Part shown: piece by piece, positions 9,128-19,293 of the stretch | Layout: each line of letters starts with the position of its first letter | Numbering within the stretch: position 1 is the first letter of the stretch | Source: an uncultured Nitrososphaerota archaeon | GTDB taxonomy: Archaea > Thermoproteota > Nitrososphaeria > Conexivisphaerales > DTJL01 | Direction: 5' to 3' | DNA length: 64,000 nt | Assembly (NCBI GenBank): GCA_963842885.1 | Contig: CAWJIE010000005.1 | Coordinates: 192,001 to 256,000 of the forward strand | Made by a program: the position numbers and the translations under genes | The notes under the pieces: model-generated | What the model was told of the DNA's origin: nothing | The model's input: the letters and a program-made list of their open reading frames with translations, nothing else | Databases searched by the model: none

Positions 9128-9790
9128 CTAGAGCGAGTCGGCCGTCAGGCGGACGAGCTTCGCATAATAGGACCCGTGCTCCGCCGTCTTCGAAGTGAAG
9201 GCCCAGTCGGTGGCCTTGGAGGGGTCAAAGCGGACGAAGGGGGAGGCCGGGTCCTTGTCCAGCTTCACGTAGAAGTAGAAATCGGATCCGTCGAAGTCGC
9301 CCATATGCACGAACGTCCCGAGATGGAGCTCGCTGCCATTCTTGGACAGATAAAGAGGGGCGTACGATTCGTCCATGACGTACCTGTAGGCGCCCAGCTT
9401 CAGAAGGCTGTTCACGTCGCCGAGCTCGACCCGCTGGACGTCTGCGTCCACTTGGTCCCTCTCCTCGATGGCGTCGAGGAAGGCCTTGGGCGTCTCCTTC
9501 AGGGTCAGGACTGGCGAATGAAGGTACTGGGTCAAAGTGGCGTCGTCGACGAAGGTGGCCTCTTCCAGGTCTCCGTCGAGCCGGTACCTGACATATGGCT
9601 TGAACGACTTGACGACCGTGTAGAAGAACACTGGAGCCTCACCGAGTTGCTCTGCATGCACCGCGAGGGCGAAGTCCCCCGACCCAAGTGGCATGGCGAA
9701 AAGAGGGCGAGGGATGCGCTCGAAGGCGCAGGAGAGCCGCGCCAGGTCCTTAAGCGATTCCAGTTCCCTGAAGATAGGTGCTTCCTTCAT
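9128..9790 (-). CDS. Hypothetical protein (two similar halves)
   Basis: 220-aa ORF with coding-like composition and an upstream TTTAAA box. No family recognised. Confidence 0.7.
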   Translation of the reverse strand: MKEAPIFRELESLKDLARLSCAFERIPRPLFAMPLGSGDFALAVHAEQLGEAPVFFYTVVKSFKPYVRYRLDGDLEEATFVDDATLTQYLHSPVLTLKETPKAFLDAIEERDQVDADVQRVELGDVNSLLKLGAYRYVMDESYAPLYLSKNGSELHLGTFVHMGDFDGSDFYFYVKLDKDPASPFVRFDPSKATDWAFTSKTAEHGSYYAKLVRLTADSL

Positions 9791-9902
9791 GAGTGATACG
9801 TTGACTTGCCTCAGCGGTTGGTTATTTAAAGTGTCTCTAAACTGCGGGGAGGATGTGCCAGCGGAGCAAGATTAAAGTCAGAGGTGCGACAATCCGAGAG
9901 CC

Positions 9903-10296
9903 GTGTCTTCTCGCAAGAAGGCCCAAACGGTGGTGGACAGCAACCGGATCCTGAAGACCCTCGGCGAAGCGGCCGCCCTTGGCGGACTCCCTGAAGGGGG
10001 TCGCCGTAGGGGTTGCCGAGAGGCCTGTGCTCAGGCGCGTCTACATGGAGGTGGAAACGTCGGTCTTCCTGCTCAAGTTGGCGGCGGGGGAGGACGAAGC
10101 TCCCCCCTACGACTCCTCGCTGGAGAAGTCGGAGAGGAGCGAGTTGGTATCGAGGATGGTGGAGAGCCTGGAAGCGGCCAAGGAGCTGGCCGCGGAGGAT
10201 CTCTCTGCCGCGCTGAAGCAGGCCAGGGTCGCCCGCGATTGCGCGGCCACGGTCTTGCATTCCGTAAACCTCGAATCGAGGAGGGCGAAGAGATGA
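9903..10296 (+). CDS. Hypothetical helical protein (frameshift near 9975)
   Basis: The N-terminus of ORF 9903 joins ORF 9979-10296. Its stop overlaps the next ATG (ATGA). Confidence 0.55.
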
Positions 10297-11306
10297 CTCG
10301 AGTGGGGAAGCTGGACAGGGAGACCCTGGAGAGGGACGTACTCGGGCACTTCAAGACGACGAAGAAGGAGCTTCTCCTGGGACCGGTCTTCGGGGTGGAT
10401 GTGGCCGTCATCAGATGCCCGTCTGGCTACCTGATCACTTCGACAGACCCCATAACGGGGGAGGTGGACGACATCGGGTGGTATTCGGTCCACGTTTCCT
10501 GCAACGACGTGGCTACCAGCGGGAACAGGCCCCAGTTCGTGGAGACGGTGATAATGATGGGGGAAAATGAAGAAGACGGGAGGGCGGCGGAGATCTCGAA
10601 GGGCATCGCTCGGGCCGCGAGGCAGGTGGAAGCTGACGTCGTCGGGGGACACACGGAGAGGACGCCTGGCCTCAGCCACAGCATTGTGGTGACGACGGCG
10701 TTCGCCTTCGCGAACGGGTATGTGACCGCTGCGGGAGCTAAGGAGGGGGACTCCATCGTGTTTACGAAGACCGCCGGCATCGAAGGGACGTCCATCCTGG
10801 CATCCATGCTGGAGGGGAGGCTCTCCGCGCTGGCCAGGAGGACGGTGAACGAGGGGAAGCGTCTGAGCCGGCTGATGAGCGTCGTCGACGAAGGAGAGGC
10901 GGCGTTCAGGGAGGGCGGGGTCCATGCCATGCACGACCCCACGGAGGGAGGGGTCCTAGGAGGTCTCTATGAGATGGGCGTGGGCTCAGGCCTCGGCTTC
11001 AGGATAGAGGAATCCAGGATACCTCTGGCTGAGAGCACAAAGGAGATAACAGGGGAGTTAAACGTGGATCCGCTTCGCCTCATCGCCTCGGGATCTATGC
11101 TGATGGCCGTGACCCCGGGGCGGGTGGCAGGGGTCCTGCGAGCGGTGAAAGGCGTCGGCGTGGATGCCACGGTCGTGGGCAGGTTCGGGGGAAGCGAAAG
11201 GGTCCTCCTGAGGAGGGACGGGAGTGCGGAGAAGGTAGACGAGACCGTCCTCGACGAGCTCTGGAGGGTCGTAGGTGAGAGCGGTCAGCGCCCGAAACGA
11301 CGCTGA
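10293..11306 (+). CDS. AIR synthase-related (HypE/PurM-fold) protein
   Basis: MTRVGKL, STDPIT, SCNDVATSG, VGGHTE, AMHDPTEGGVLGGLYE, DELWRV. Confidence 0.88.
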   Translation: MTRVGKLDRETLERDVLGHFKTTKKELLLGPVFGVDVAVIRCPSGYLITSTDPITGEVDDIGWYSVHVSCNDVATSGNRPQFVETVIMMGENEEDGRAAEISKGIARAARQVEADVVGGHTERTPGLSHSIVVTTAFAFANGYVTAAGAKEGDSIVFTKTAGIEGTSILASMLEGRLSALARRTVNEGKRLSRLMSVVDEGEAAFREGGVHAMHDPTEGGVLGGLYEMGVGSGLGFRIEESRIPLAESTKEITGELNVDPLRLIASGSMLMAVTPGRVAGVLRAVKGVGVDATVVGRFGGSERVLLRRDGSAEKVDETVLDELWRVVGESGQRPKRR

Positions 11307-12083
11307 CGCCTCTGATAGGTGCGGATGGCACGAAGGAAATCGACCTTCCTGAAACCCGGCCAGTAGACATCCATGAAGACCAGCTCGCTGTACGCCGACT
11401 GCCAGAGGAGGAAGCCGCTCAGCCTGACTTCGCCGGACGTCCTGATGATCAGGTCGGGGTCCGGGTCGGGGAGCTCCGAAGTGAACAGGTAGTTGGAGAA
11501 GGTCTCTTCGTCTATCTTGGAAGGCATCACGACGCCTTTCTCCACGTCGCGGGCGAGCCTCTTGACGGCATCCACTATCTCCATCCTCCCTCCGTAGGCG
11601 ATGGCGATGTTCAGGTAGAGGGAGTCATGCGCCGCCGACACCCGTTCCAGCCGGAGCACCTTTTCCTTGATCTCTTCGGGGACGAGAGAAAGGTCGCCGA
11701 GGCCCTTCACCTTGACGCGATGCTTCTGGATGGAGCCGTCCGTGAGCAGCTTCTCCAGCCTCTCGCTTATCACGCTGAATATGACGTCGAGCTCCTCCTT
11801 TGATACGCGTGAGGTTCTCGGTGGACAGGGCGTAGATCGTAAGCGCCTTCACGTCATACTCCAGGCACCACGTCATTAGGTTCTCGACCTTGTCCGCCCC
11901 GAAGGAATAGCCCATCCACTTCGGGTATTCGTTGGCCACGGCCCACCTCCGGTTCCCGTCCAAGATGACGCCGATGTGGCGGGGCCTTGGGAGGCCCTTC
12001 ACTTCGTCGGACAGCCTCCATGTATAGAGCCTGTAGACGCCGATGTCCTTCAGGAAGGAATCGAGGAAGCCTTCAACTTTCAT
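11285..12083 (-). CDS. uppS: cis-prenyltransferase (polyprenyl diphosphate synthase), frameshift near 11800
   Basis: PRHIGVILDGNRRWA, YALSTENL | NIAIAYGGRMEI, PDLIIRTSGEVRLSGFLLWQSAYSE, RRFG. Confidence 0.93.
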
Positions 12084-13197
12084 CGCGGCTCAGCGACCGC
12101 CTTCCCTGGTAGAAGTTGTAGGCAAGGTAGACCACGACCAGAAGGACTGCTAGCCCCGCGTAGACCACGATAATAAAGTTGAGGGTGTTCGCCGTGCTAG
12201 GGCTGATCAACGCTTCCGCCATTCCGGCGACGGGAGCGTAGAGCAGAACCAAGCTGGTGAGGGCGATGGCGTCCCTGATTATCTTGGTGCTCTTCCTCAT
12301 GGCGTGGTACACGAATGCCACCACGATGTTGGTGGCGATGGCGATCCAGACCAGGAGCTGGGCATTCAGGATGAAGGTGCCGGAGAACTCCGCGAGATAG
12401 GTCCAGATGGTGGAGGGACGGAGGAGGTAATCGGCATAATCTGGAAGGAGGAGCACCTTGCTGTACGCCTGAAGGGAGGCCACCACGACCAAAATGACTG
12501 ACACGATGAAGGCGAAGAGCCGCGGGAAGAAGTAGGTACGCCGGCGGACACCGATGATCGCCTTGTCAATGTCGAAGGCGCGGATCAGGAAGCTGACCCC
12601 CAGGACGAACGCGATGCCGTAGCCAAAGTCGGCCTGGTTCAGACCCAAGGCGGAGACGAAGATGTAGAGTAGCAGAACCGCTCCGGGAACCCCGAGGAAG
12701 AACTTGGAGTACCTGGGGTCGTATACAAGCATCTTGAGATACCTGCCGAGCACTTCATATGTCTCCTCGACGCTGGCGCTGTGCTTGATCACAACCCTCC
12801 TGATGCTGACGATAGGGACGAAGGACTGAAGCACCGGTGCGAGCTTCTCGTCCTCTATCCCGTCAGAGACGAGGACCAGCCCCTCTGGCTTCAAGCTGCC
12901 TACGACCACTGCTGCCTCTCTCCTCACCTTCTGATCGGCCTCGAAGCCGCTCTCCGAGACGCCGGCCAATACGGCGACGCTGCAATCGTACCCCTTGGCG
13001 ACGAGCTCGTCGTACATTTTCACTGTGGCGAAGATGGCGTTGGCGTCCGCTTCTTCGGGGTCGGCGAGGCAGAGCTTAGCTGCCGCATCCAGGCACTGCT
13101 GGCGGCCAACAATGGGAGTCTCTAAACCGGCCTTACCACCGATGTCGTTGTCTCGGTCCACGTTGATGACCAGGAGGCGGCCGCGCAGCGACTCCAT
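12073..13197 (-). CDS. DUF373 family membrane protein
   Basis: LLVINVDRDNDIG, DPEEADANAIF, LVSDGIEDE, then several TM helices. Adjacent to uppS. Confidence 0.88.
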   Translation of the reverse strand: MESLRGRLLVINVDRDNDIGGKAGLETPIVGRQQCLDAAAKLCLADPEEADANAIFATVKMYDELVAKGYDCSVAVLAGVSESGFEADQKVRREAAVVVGSLKPEGLVLVSDGIEDEKLAPVLQSFVPIVSIRRVVIKHSASVEETYEVLGRYLKMLVYDPRYSKFFLGVPGAVLLLYIFVSALGLNQADFGYGIAFVLGVSFLIRAFDIDKAIIGVRRRTYFFPRLFAFIVSVILVVVASLQAYSKVLLLPDYADYLLRPSTIWTYLAEFSGTFILNAQLLVWIAIATNIVVAFVYHAMRKSTKIIRDAIALTSLVLLYAPVAGMAEALISPSTANTLNFIIVVYAGLAVLLVVVYLAYNFYQGRRSLSRDES

Positions 13198-13252
13198 GCG
13201 GGTGTTGTTAGGAAAAGCGTCGATTTAAGCTAATCTAGACGAAACGTCCATG

Positions 13253-14107
13253 TCAATTGTTTGAGGATGATAGGTCCTCGCCGTAGAGGACTCGCAGCTC
13301 GTCGAACGTCAGACTCTTGCCGCTCTTCATCTTCGCGAGCGCGTCGTTTCGCGCCCTATCCAGAACCAGCCTGTCCACGTCCGCCCTGACCCTGTTGGAG
13401 TTTATCCTCTGGGTGCTGCGCTCCTTCGCCAGCTCCTCCCTGGCGACCGCAATCTTCGCGTCGATTTCGCTGAGGGTCTTTTCGAGCTCGATGATGTCGA
13501 CGTCCACGGCCCTCAACTCGTCGGAGACCTGCTTACGTGCCTCGATGTAGTTGCGGATCTTCTGCCTCTTCTCCTTGAGGGCCCCAACGACCTCCTCCCT
13601 CTCTGCCTTGGTCTCCATCATCTTGGCAGCGTTCTCGTCGAGCTGGGACTCGAGCTTGTATACCTCCTCGCGGACGTTGAAGGCCTTCCTCCAGACCGAG
13701 ACAGACTTGGCCAGCTCCTTTACCTTGACCAGGACCTCCTGCTCCTGCGCGCGTGTGAGGGGCTGGGTCTGGAGGCGCCACTCCAATTTCTTGAGCTCAT
13801 CTTCGAGGCCTTCTCCCTTCCTCAGGAGCTTCGGCTCCACTCCCTTCATCTGCTCGTCAGCTGCCTTGAGCTTAATCCGGTCGGCTCTGAGCTTCTCCGC
13901 CAATCCCTGTCTCATGTCGTTCAACTCGTTCATCTTCGCTTGGAAGAGCTTGTGCTGGTCGTTTTCCACGTCCAACTTCTGCGTGAGGGACACAATCTCG
14001 TTCTTGAGCTCGGCGCGTCGCGTCCTAATCTTCTTCAACTGCTCGATGATGCCCTTGTGCTGCGTGAAGAGCTCCTCGAGCTTTGCGACGCGGTTATCCT
14101 CCGACAT
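13253..14107 (-). CDS. Archaeal coiled-coil protein (COG1340-like)
   Basis: E/K-rich heptads, LEWRLQT and the C-terminal KMKSGKSLTFDEL motif. ATG at 14107. Confidence 0.8.
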   Translation of the reverse strand: MSEDNRVAKLEELFTQHKGIIEQLKKIRTRRAELKNEIVSLTQKLDVENDQHKLFQAKMNELNDMRQGLAEKLRADRIKLKAADEQMKGVEPKLLRKGEGLEDELKKLEWRLQTQPLTRAQEQEVLVKVKELAKSVSVWRKAFNVREEVYKLESQLDENAAKMMETKAEREEVVGALKEKRQKIRNYIEARKQVSDELRAVDVDIIELEKTLSEIDAKIAVAREELAKERSTQRINSNRVRADVDRLVLDRARNDALAKMKSGKSLTFDELRVLYGEDLSSSNN

Positions 14108-14190
14108 TCCCCACTCCTCGCCCTTCATGGAAGGTCTGATATAAGTAAGGCTGTTCCAAATTGAAGGAAGGCGCAGGCTTTCCGGGGGAC

Positions 14191-14604
14191 CTAGCCCCTG
14201 GTGTAGTTCCACAGGTAGGTGCCGCCCTGCACCGCCAGGAACGAATCGGCGCCGACGGCGGCCTCGGCCCATTGGTGGGTTGAGTTGTCGAAGTAATACC
14301 AAAGCCAGTAGGAAGAGGAGCTCCCTGAGAGCCCAAGGATTCCTGTCACGAAGAGCTCGGAGACGTTGCCAAAGCTATAGACCTGGGAGGTTACACGGCC
14401 GCCGGTGGAGACGTAGGTGGCGTTGAAGACGGACGAGCCCACGGGGACATAGGTGTCGTTGTACCAGAAGCGCGTGCCGTTGCCGAAATCCACCCCCACG
14501 TTCACCGTTTCGCTCACCGATCCCAACCTGCTTCGGAGGTAGTCGTTTTCGGAACGGAGCGACCCGGACTCTTCGCAGAAGTAGATGGCGCTGTATGCGG
14601 CCAA
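14191..14604 (-). CDS. Membrane-anchored DUF4430-like (transcobalamin C-terminal-like) protein
   Basis: VDFGNGTRFW, FVTGILG, YWLWYYF..W..AAVGADSF. A hydrophobic anchor continues upstream in frame to about 14660, so the start is uncertain. Confidence 0.65.
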   Translation of the reverse strand: MAAYSAIYFCEESGSLRSENDYLRSRLGSVSETVNVGVDFGNGTRFWYNDTYVPVGSSVFNATYVSTGGRVTSQVYSFGNVSELFVTGILGLSGSSSSYWLWYYFDNSTHQWAEAAVGADSFLAVQGGTYLWNYTRG

Positions 14605-14650
14605 CAGCAGGGAAGTCAGCAGTAGGACGGTTATCGCCTTCCAGGCAGTA

Positions 14651-15235
14651 TTAGACGAACCTGTCTAACCCCCTGAAGAACGACCTCTTCGTTTCGACCA
14701 CGATCAGTGGCGCCAGAGCCGCAAACAGGACGACGTTCGAAATGATGTGGGCGGCGCTGAAGAGCAGTGTGAGAGGGTTGAACATGCCCGTGAGAATCGA
14801 GGCGTAGAAAAGGGCGCCCGCTACTGCGTTGGTCACCAAATCGTACGCCAGGGTCGCCCCAAGGCCCACCAGACCGAAGGCCCAAGACATCTCCAGTGGT
14901 GAGCTAGCGATTCTTTTCCTCAAGGCCCCGCCCAGCACGCCATAGATCATCTCCATGGGGACTACCGTGAGGAAGGTCAGCAACGAAAAGCCGAGCGGGT
15001 TGACGGTGCCGTACACGGTCCATGACAAAGCACCAGCCGCCGCGCCGTAAAGCGGGCCCATCCAGAAGCCCGCCAGGAAGACAAGCATGTCCATTAGTTT
15101 CACATTCGTGAAGGCGAACATCGCGTAGTTCGTGCTTACGATTAGAGCCACGATCATGGACAAAGCCGCAGGCTTGTTCAACAGCCCTGGATGGATAATC
15201 CAACCATTTAAAGCCTCCTCGCAGGCGACTGCCAA
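14651..15235 (-). CDS. ECF transporter substrate-specific S component
   Basis: About 6 TM helices with NVKLMDMLVFLAGFWMGPLYG and HIISNVVLF, typical of CbrT-like S components. Confidence 0.75.
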   Translation of the reverse strand: MAVACEEALNGWIIHPGLLNKPAALSMIVALIVSTNYAMFAFTNVKLMDMLVFLAGFWMGPLYGAAAGALSWTVYGTVNPLGFSLLTFLTVVPMEMIYGVLGGALRKRIASSPLEMSWAFGLVGLGATLAYDLVTNAVAGALFYASILTGMFNPLTLLFSAAHIISNVVLFAALAPLIVVETKRSFFRGLDRFV

Positions 15236-15268
15236 CCATTATATAATCCTGGAGGGCAAGCAGGGACG

Positions 15269-15889
15269 TTGCTTCTCCATGAGATGAAGAAGCTGGTCGA
15301 GGAAGAGGCGCCCGGACCCCATCCCTCCTTCTCTCTGGTCCACGCCCTGTACGCCATCCTGATCCTCGGCGAGCGACCCGTGGGCAGGCAGAAGCTGGCC
15401 GCCCGACTCTTCATCGGAGAAGGGTCCATCCGGACGCTGCTCCGAAAGCTCACACGGAGGGGATTCGTGGTCACGGATTCTGCTGGCTGCCACCTTACGC
15501 CCAAGGGAGCTTCCCTCTGGGAAGAAGCAGAGAAGGCCTTCTACCTCTTCGAGCCCAAATCTGCGAGCCTTCCCGGCAAGGCCAGGTTTGGCGTCGGAGT
15601 CAGGGGAGGCGGCCGCATCGCTAGGGGGATCCCAGAGCGGGATCAGGCGATAAAGGCTGGAGCCGATGGCGCACTGGTCCTGATCTACAAAGGGCGGGAA
15701 CTCCTCATGCCGGGCCTCTCGAACGTCTCCAGGGAGCACCCCGCCCTGTCCAAGAGCATTCTTGAAACCGTGGCGCCGTCGGACGGCGACGCCATCATAG
15801 TCTCCTGGGGCGATGATGCGAGTGGAGTCGTCTACGGCTCTTTGAATGCCGCCTGGTCCATCTACGAGCGGCTGTCAAGCAAGGGATGA
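15269..15889 (+). CDS. HTH-containing protein (DUF4443/DUF2111-like)
   Basis: GRQKLAARLFIGEGSIRTLLRKL helix-turn-helix and ERDQAIKAGADGA. Confidence 0.75.
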   Translation: MLLHEMKKLVEEEAPGPHPSFSLVHALYAILILGERPVGRQKLAARLFIGEGSIRTLLRKLTRRGFVVTDSAGCHLTPKGASLWEEAEKAFYLFEPKSASLPGKARFGVGVRGGGRIARGIPERDQAIKAGADGALVLIYKGRELLMPGLSNVSREHPALSKSILETVAPSDGDAIIVSWGDDASGVVYGSLNAAWSIYERLSSKG

Positions 15890-16189
15890 CGGCTTTACTT
15901 CGGTGAGTACCCACCGCCCTTCCTTCTTGGTGGCCAAGAGCGGCCTTGCTCCGAAGGCTTTCCCCCATTTATAGAAGAGGGCCTTCTCATCCTTCGAAAT
16001 GTAGGAGCCCTTTTTCACTTGAACCACCACGATGCTCTTGCCGTTCGTAGCTATTAGGTCGACGGGCGTGTGGGACCCGGCGCTCCTGATGACAAACTTG
16101 AATCCTTCTGATATGAGCATCCTCTTGATTGCGTACTCCGCGTTCCTGCCGGAGATGTAGTTGCTCAAGGGGAGGTACCGACTCGCCAA
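15875..16189 (-). CDS. Holliday junction resolvase-like (Hjc/Hje) nuclease
   Basis: GRNAE, VIRSAGS, VDLIA, VVVQVK (PD-(D/E)xK fold). Confidence 0.75.
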   Translation of the reverse strand: MASRYLPLSNYISGRNAEYAIKRMLISEGFKFVIRSAGSHTPVDLIATNGKSIVVVQVKKGSYISKDEKALFYKWGKAFGARPLLATKKEGRWVLTEVKPSSLA

Positions 16190-16287
16190 GCTACGCAGAA
16201 GGCCAATATAAGAATGAGCGATGGCAGGAGACTACAGGTCAAGGTTTTAAGCTTAGCAGGCATTAGAGCACAAGAAAGGGCCTGGCC

Positions 16288-17235
16288 TTGAAGTCGAGCG
16301 TCTTCGAGATGATCGAGGAGAGCAGAGAGCTCACCGAGAGGCTGTTCGGGAAGGAACTGGTATTCTACAAGCCCGACTTCCTCGGGTCCTCGAAGGACTC
16401 GTTTCCGACATTCTCTGTGACAGGCGCATCCTGTGCCCTCCAATGTGAGCATTGCAAGGCCGAAGTGCTGCGTTCGATGAAGCCGGCGCCGACTCCCGAG
16501 ACCCTCTTAGAGGACATGCTCTCGGCTCACGCCAAGGGCGCAAGGGGTTGCCTAGTGAGCGGCGGCTCCCGTCAAGACGGGTCGGTCCCTCTGGAGCCAT
16601 TTATCGATGCTATAGCTTCGGCCAAGCGGGAGACGGGGATGATCGTCGTCGTGCACACTGGGCTGACCAGGAAAGGGACGTCGTCGAAGCTGGCGAGGGC
16701 AGAGGTTGACGCGGCGCTCATCGACCTCCTGGGCGATGAGCATTCAATTCGGGACGTCTGCCATCTCGACTCGACAGTGAGCGACTACAGGCGGGCGGTG
16801 GCGGACCTCGTGGACGCCGGGATCCCGCTGACCCCCCACTACATCGTGGGGCTCGGCGCCAAGCCGTCGGCAATCGAAAACGTCCTCGACATGCTCGAAG
16901 AGCACCGGCCTCGGGCATTCATCGTCATCGCCCTTAGGCCCCTGCAGGGTACGCCGATGGCCGAGACTCCTCCTCCGACGCCTGAAGACGTCGGGCACGC
17001 CCTGGCGAGGGCGAGGCTCCGATTGAGGGACGTCCCTCTCGCGCTTGGATGCATGCGCCCAGTCGGGCGGCAACGCGAAGAGATAGACAGGATGGCCGTG
17101 GGGGCCGGAATCAACGCGCTGGCCCATCCGACTCCAGGCGCTTACGCCGCGGCGGAGAGCGGCGGTTGGAAGGTCACTGAAAGATTCACCTGCTGCTCGG
17201 AAGTCTTCGTCGACTACCCGACTCAGCCAGCCTGA
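16288..17235 (+). CDS. Radical SAM protein (COG1856, biotin-synthase-related)
   Basis: SVTGASCALQCEHC, GCLVSGG, VHTGL, LGCMRP, C-terminal TCCS. Confidence 0.88.
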   Translation: MKSSVFEMIEESRELTERLFGKELVFYKPDFLGSSKDSFPTFSVTGASCALQCEHCKAEVLRSMKPAPTPETLLEDMLSAHAKGARGCLVSGGSRQDGSVPLEPFIDAIASAKRETGMIVVVHTGLTRKGTSSKLARAEVDAALIDLLGDEHSIRDVCHLDSTVSDYRRAVADLVDAGIPLTPHYIVGLGAKPSAIENVLDMLEEHRPRAFIVIALRPLQGTPMAETPPPTPEDVGHALARARLRLRDVPLALGCMRPVGRQREEIDRMAVGAGINALAHPTPGAYAAAESGGWKVTERFTCCSEVFVDYPTQPA

Positions 17236-17981
17236 TCTTCGCCGCCCTGGAACATGTTCGCGATGGCTGCAGAGAGGTCAAGGATCCCCTCCCCGCTAGA
17301 AGAGGACACGGGCCACAGGCGGCTTATGAAACCTTTCGAGCTCAGGGTCCTGAGGAGGCCAGAATACAGGAGGTAGTCATCTCCGGAGAGCTTCGAAGAG
17401 AGTTCGTCCAGAATCGTGCCGGGCTTGCGTGCCCACCCCTGAATCTTCTTGATCGAATCGGGGACCAGGTCGGCCTTCGACAGGATAGGAATGAAGGGGA
17501 CGCCGAACCTGAGCTTCACCGAGGAAGCCAGGAGCATCAAGGAGAGGAAGTTCGCCGCGTCGTTCATCAGCCAGGAGTCGAAGAGGAACAGGAGGGCGCT
17601 TTCGCCCTGCCCCATCTGCTTGACAATGAAAGGGCCGCTGGGCCGATAGGCGAAGAGCTCCATCTGCCCTGGAGTGTCGAAGATGACGTAGTCGGCATTG
17701 AATTCGTTGATCTCCTCTTGAAGCTCGGATGTCTTTGAAGCGATCATGTCGGCGGCCAACACGAGTCCGCCGTTAGGGCCCAAGTCATACTTCTCCATCA
17801 GCTCGTGGAGATTGACGGAGTTCCTGACGTCTACATCAGGGTCGTAGGGAAGGCTTTCGACCCCCGGGTCAAGGTTCACGGTCACCACATCCCATTCTTT
17901 GCCCACTAGCAGATCCTTCAGGGCATGTGTCATGAGGCTCTTACCAGCCCCTGCGGTGCCGACGACGAAAAGGTTGCTCAA
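17223..17981 (-). CDS. GPN-loop GTPase
   Basis: GTAGAGKS, VNLDPG, LGPNG, DTPGQMELF, SKAD. Confidence 0.93.
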   Translation of the reverse strand: MSNLFVVGTAGAGKSLMTHALKDLLVGKEWDVVTVNLDPGVESLPYDPDVDVRNSVNLHELMEKYDLGPNGGLVLAADMIASKTSELQEEINEFNADYVIFDTPGQMELFAYRPSGPFIVKQMGQGESALLFLFDSWLMNDAANFLSLMLLASSVKLRFGVPFIPILSKADLVPDSIKKIQGWARKPGTILDELSSKLSGDDYLLYSGLLRTLSSKGFISRLWPVSSSSGEGILDLSAAIANMFQGGEDQAG

Positions 17982-18086
17982 CCGAAGGACACCAAGGAAG
18001 TGTTTTCTGTGTCCGTCATCAGCCCGATATTAACGTAGCTGATCTGCTGCAAGGCCCCCTCTATGGGTTTATAGAGGAGTCAGGCG

Positions 18087-18920
18087 TTGGGCGTCATTGT
18101 GAACTCACCATTCACCGCCGTAGTCATCGGCGTGGGGAACGAGTTGCTCAACGGTAGGACGGCCAACACGAACGCCCAGTGGTTGTGCGGCGAGATCTAT
18201 TCGTTGGGAGGATCGGTCAAGAGGGTTTTGACTGTCCCCGACGACCTTCAGGAGATCGAAGCGGCCTTGCGGGAGACCCTCCTCAGAGGGCCCCGATGGG
18301 TGATAATGACGGGAGGCCTGGGACCCACCTACGACGACATGACGCTCACGGGCGTGGCCGCGGCATTGGGCCGCGGACTGTCGGAGGACGAGGCGGCGAG
18401 GGAGATGATCTTGAAAAGGCTGAGAGAGTACAAGGTCCAGGGGAGGACTCAGCCACTCGACCTCACTCCAGAGAGGGCGAAGATGGCACGCATCCCGACC
18501 GGCTCGAAGCCGCTCTCAAACTCGGCGGGCACTGCGCCAGGGGTGCTGATCGAGTTGGACGGAGGATACGTCGCCTGCCTGCCCGGCGTCCCCTCCGAGA
18601 TGAAAGCCATCTTTCAGGAGCACCTGGCCCCGATGATGGCCAGGAATCGGCTGAAGACCGTCACCGTCGACACCGAGATCAGGGGCATCCCAGAAGCGGC
18701 GCTGGCGCCGACTCTCGCCATTCTCGCCAAGAAGTATCCGAGAATCTACGTTAAATCGCATCCAAGAGGCTTCGAAGGGGTGAGCAAGGTCCTCGTGCAG
18801 CTGACCGGGCGCGGCGACGAAGGCATTGATGAAGTAGAATCCGCCAGGAAGGAACTGGCCGCAGTCCTGGACAGATTGGATGCCGCCTACGAAATGCGGG
18901 CCAGACAGGACAACCAGTAG
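18087..18920 (+). CDS. CinA-like molybdopterin-binding domain protein
   Basis: GNELLNGRTANTN, GGLGPTYDDMT, GTAPG, LPGVPSEM, YVKSHP. Confidence 0.9.
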   Translation: MGVIVNSPFTAVVIGVGNELLNGRTANTNAQWLCGEIYSLGGSVKRVLTVPDDLQEIEAALRETLLRGPRWVIMTGGLGPTYDDMTLTGVAAALGRGLSEDEAAREMILKRLREYKVQGRTQPLDLTPERAKMARIPTGSKPLSNSAGTAPGVLIELDGGYVACLPGVPSEMKAIFQEHLAPMMARNRLKTVTVDTEIRGIPEAALAPTLAILAKKYPRIYVKSHPRGFEGVSKVLVQLTGRGDEGIDEVESARKELAAVLDRLDAAYEMRARQDNQ

Positions 18921-18947
18921 GGCTGGGTCACGCGACTGCCGACTGCA

Positions 18948-19163
18948 TTATTTCTTCTTGTCGCTGAGCCACCAGGCGAGGTAATCGTCCTCCATCCTCC
19001 GCCGCTTCTTCTTGTCGTCCTCGCCCCCCTCTCTTATCCTGGTCTTGATGTCATCAAGTTGCTCTCTCGTCACGAAGAGCCCGCAGCGTTTGCATTGAAA
19101 ATGCTTTGTCGACAGTTCGTAAACCATGTCTCCGCCACATTCAGGACAGACCGTTTGGGACAT
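18948..19163 (-). CDS. Small zinc-ribbon protein
   Basis: CPECGG..CKRCG followed by a YLAWWLS tail. Divergent from prs. Confidence 0.75.
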   Translation of the reverse strand: MSQTVCPECGGDMVYELSTKHFQCKRCGLFVTREQLDDIKTRIREGGEDDKKKRRRMEDDYLAWWLSDKKK

Positions 19164-19293
19164 TCAACCGCCCCGGTTCTTAGAAGGCTCTCCCGGGGTC
19201 CTCTCCTTAAACCTTTTCCAGCAGATGGTCACGTCCTTCCTCCGGGATAGCTTTAAAACAGAGCCGAAGGTGATAAGGCGAGCTGATTGCCAC

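Noticed and set aside
9903-11306. 467-aa fusion ORF
   Set aside because: An indel near 9975 shifts the upstream hypothetical gene into the AIR-synthase frame, which has its own ATG at 10293.
17975-18025. C/D-box or K-turn element (TGATGA...TTGA around a GGACAC/GTGTCC hairpin) in the GPN GTPase leader
   Set aside because: The D box is imperfect, there is no C'/D' pair and no promoter at a suitable distance. Too weak to call.
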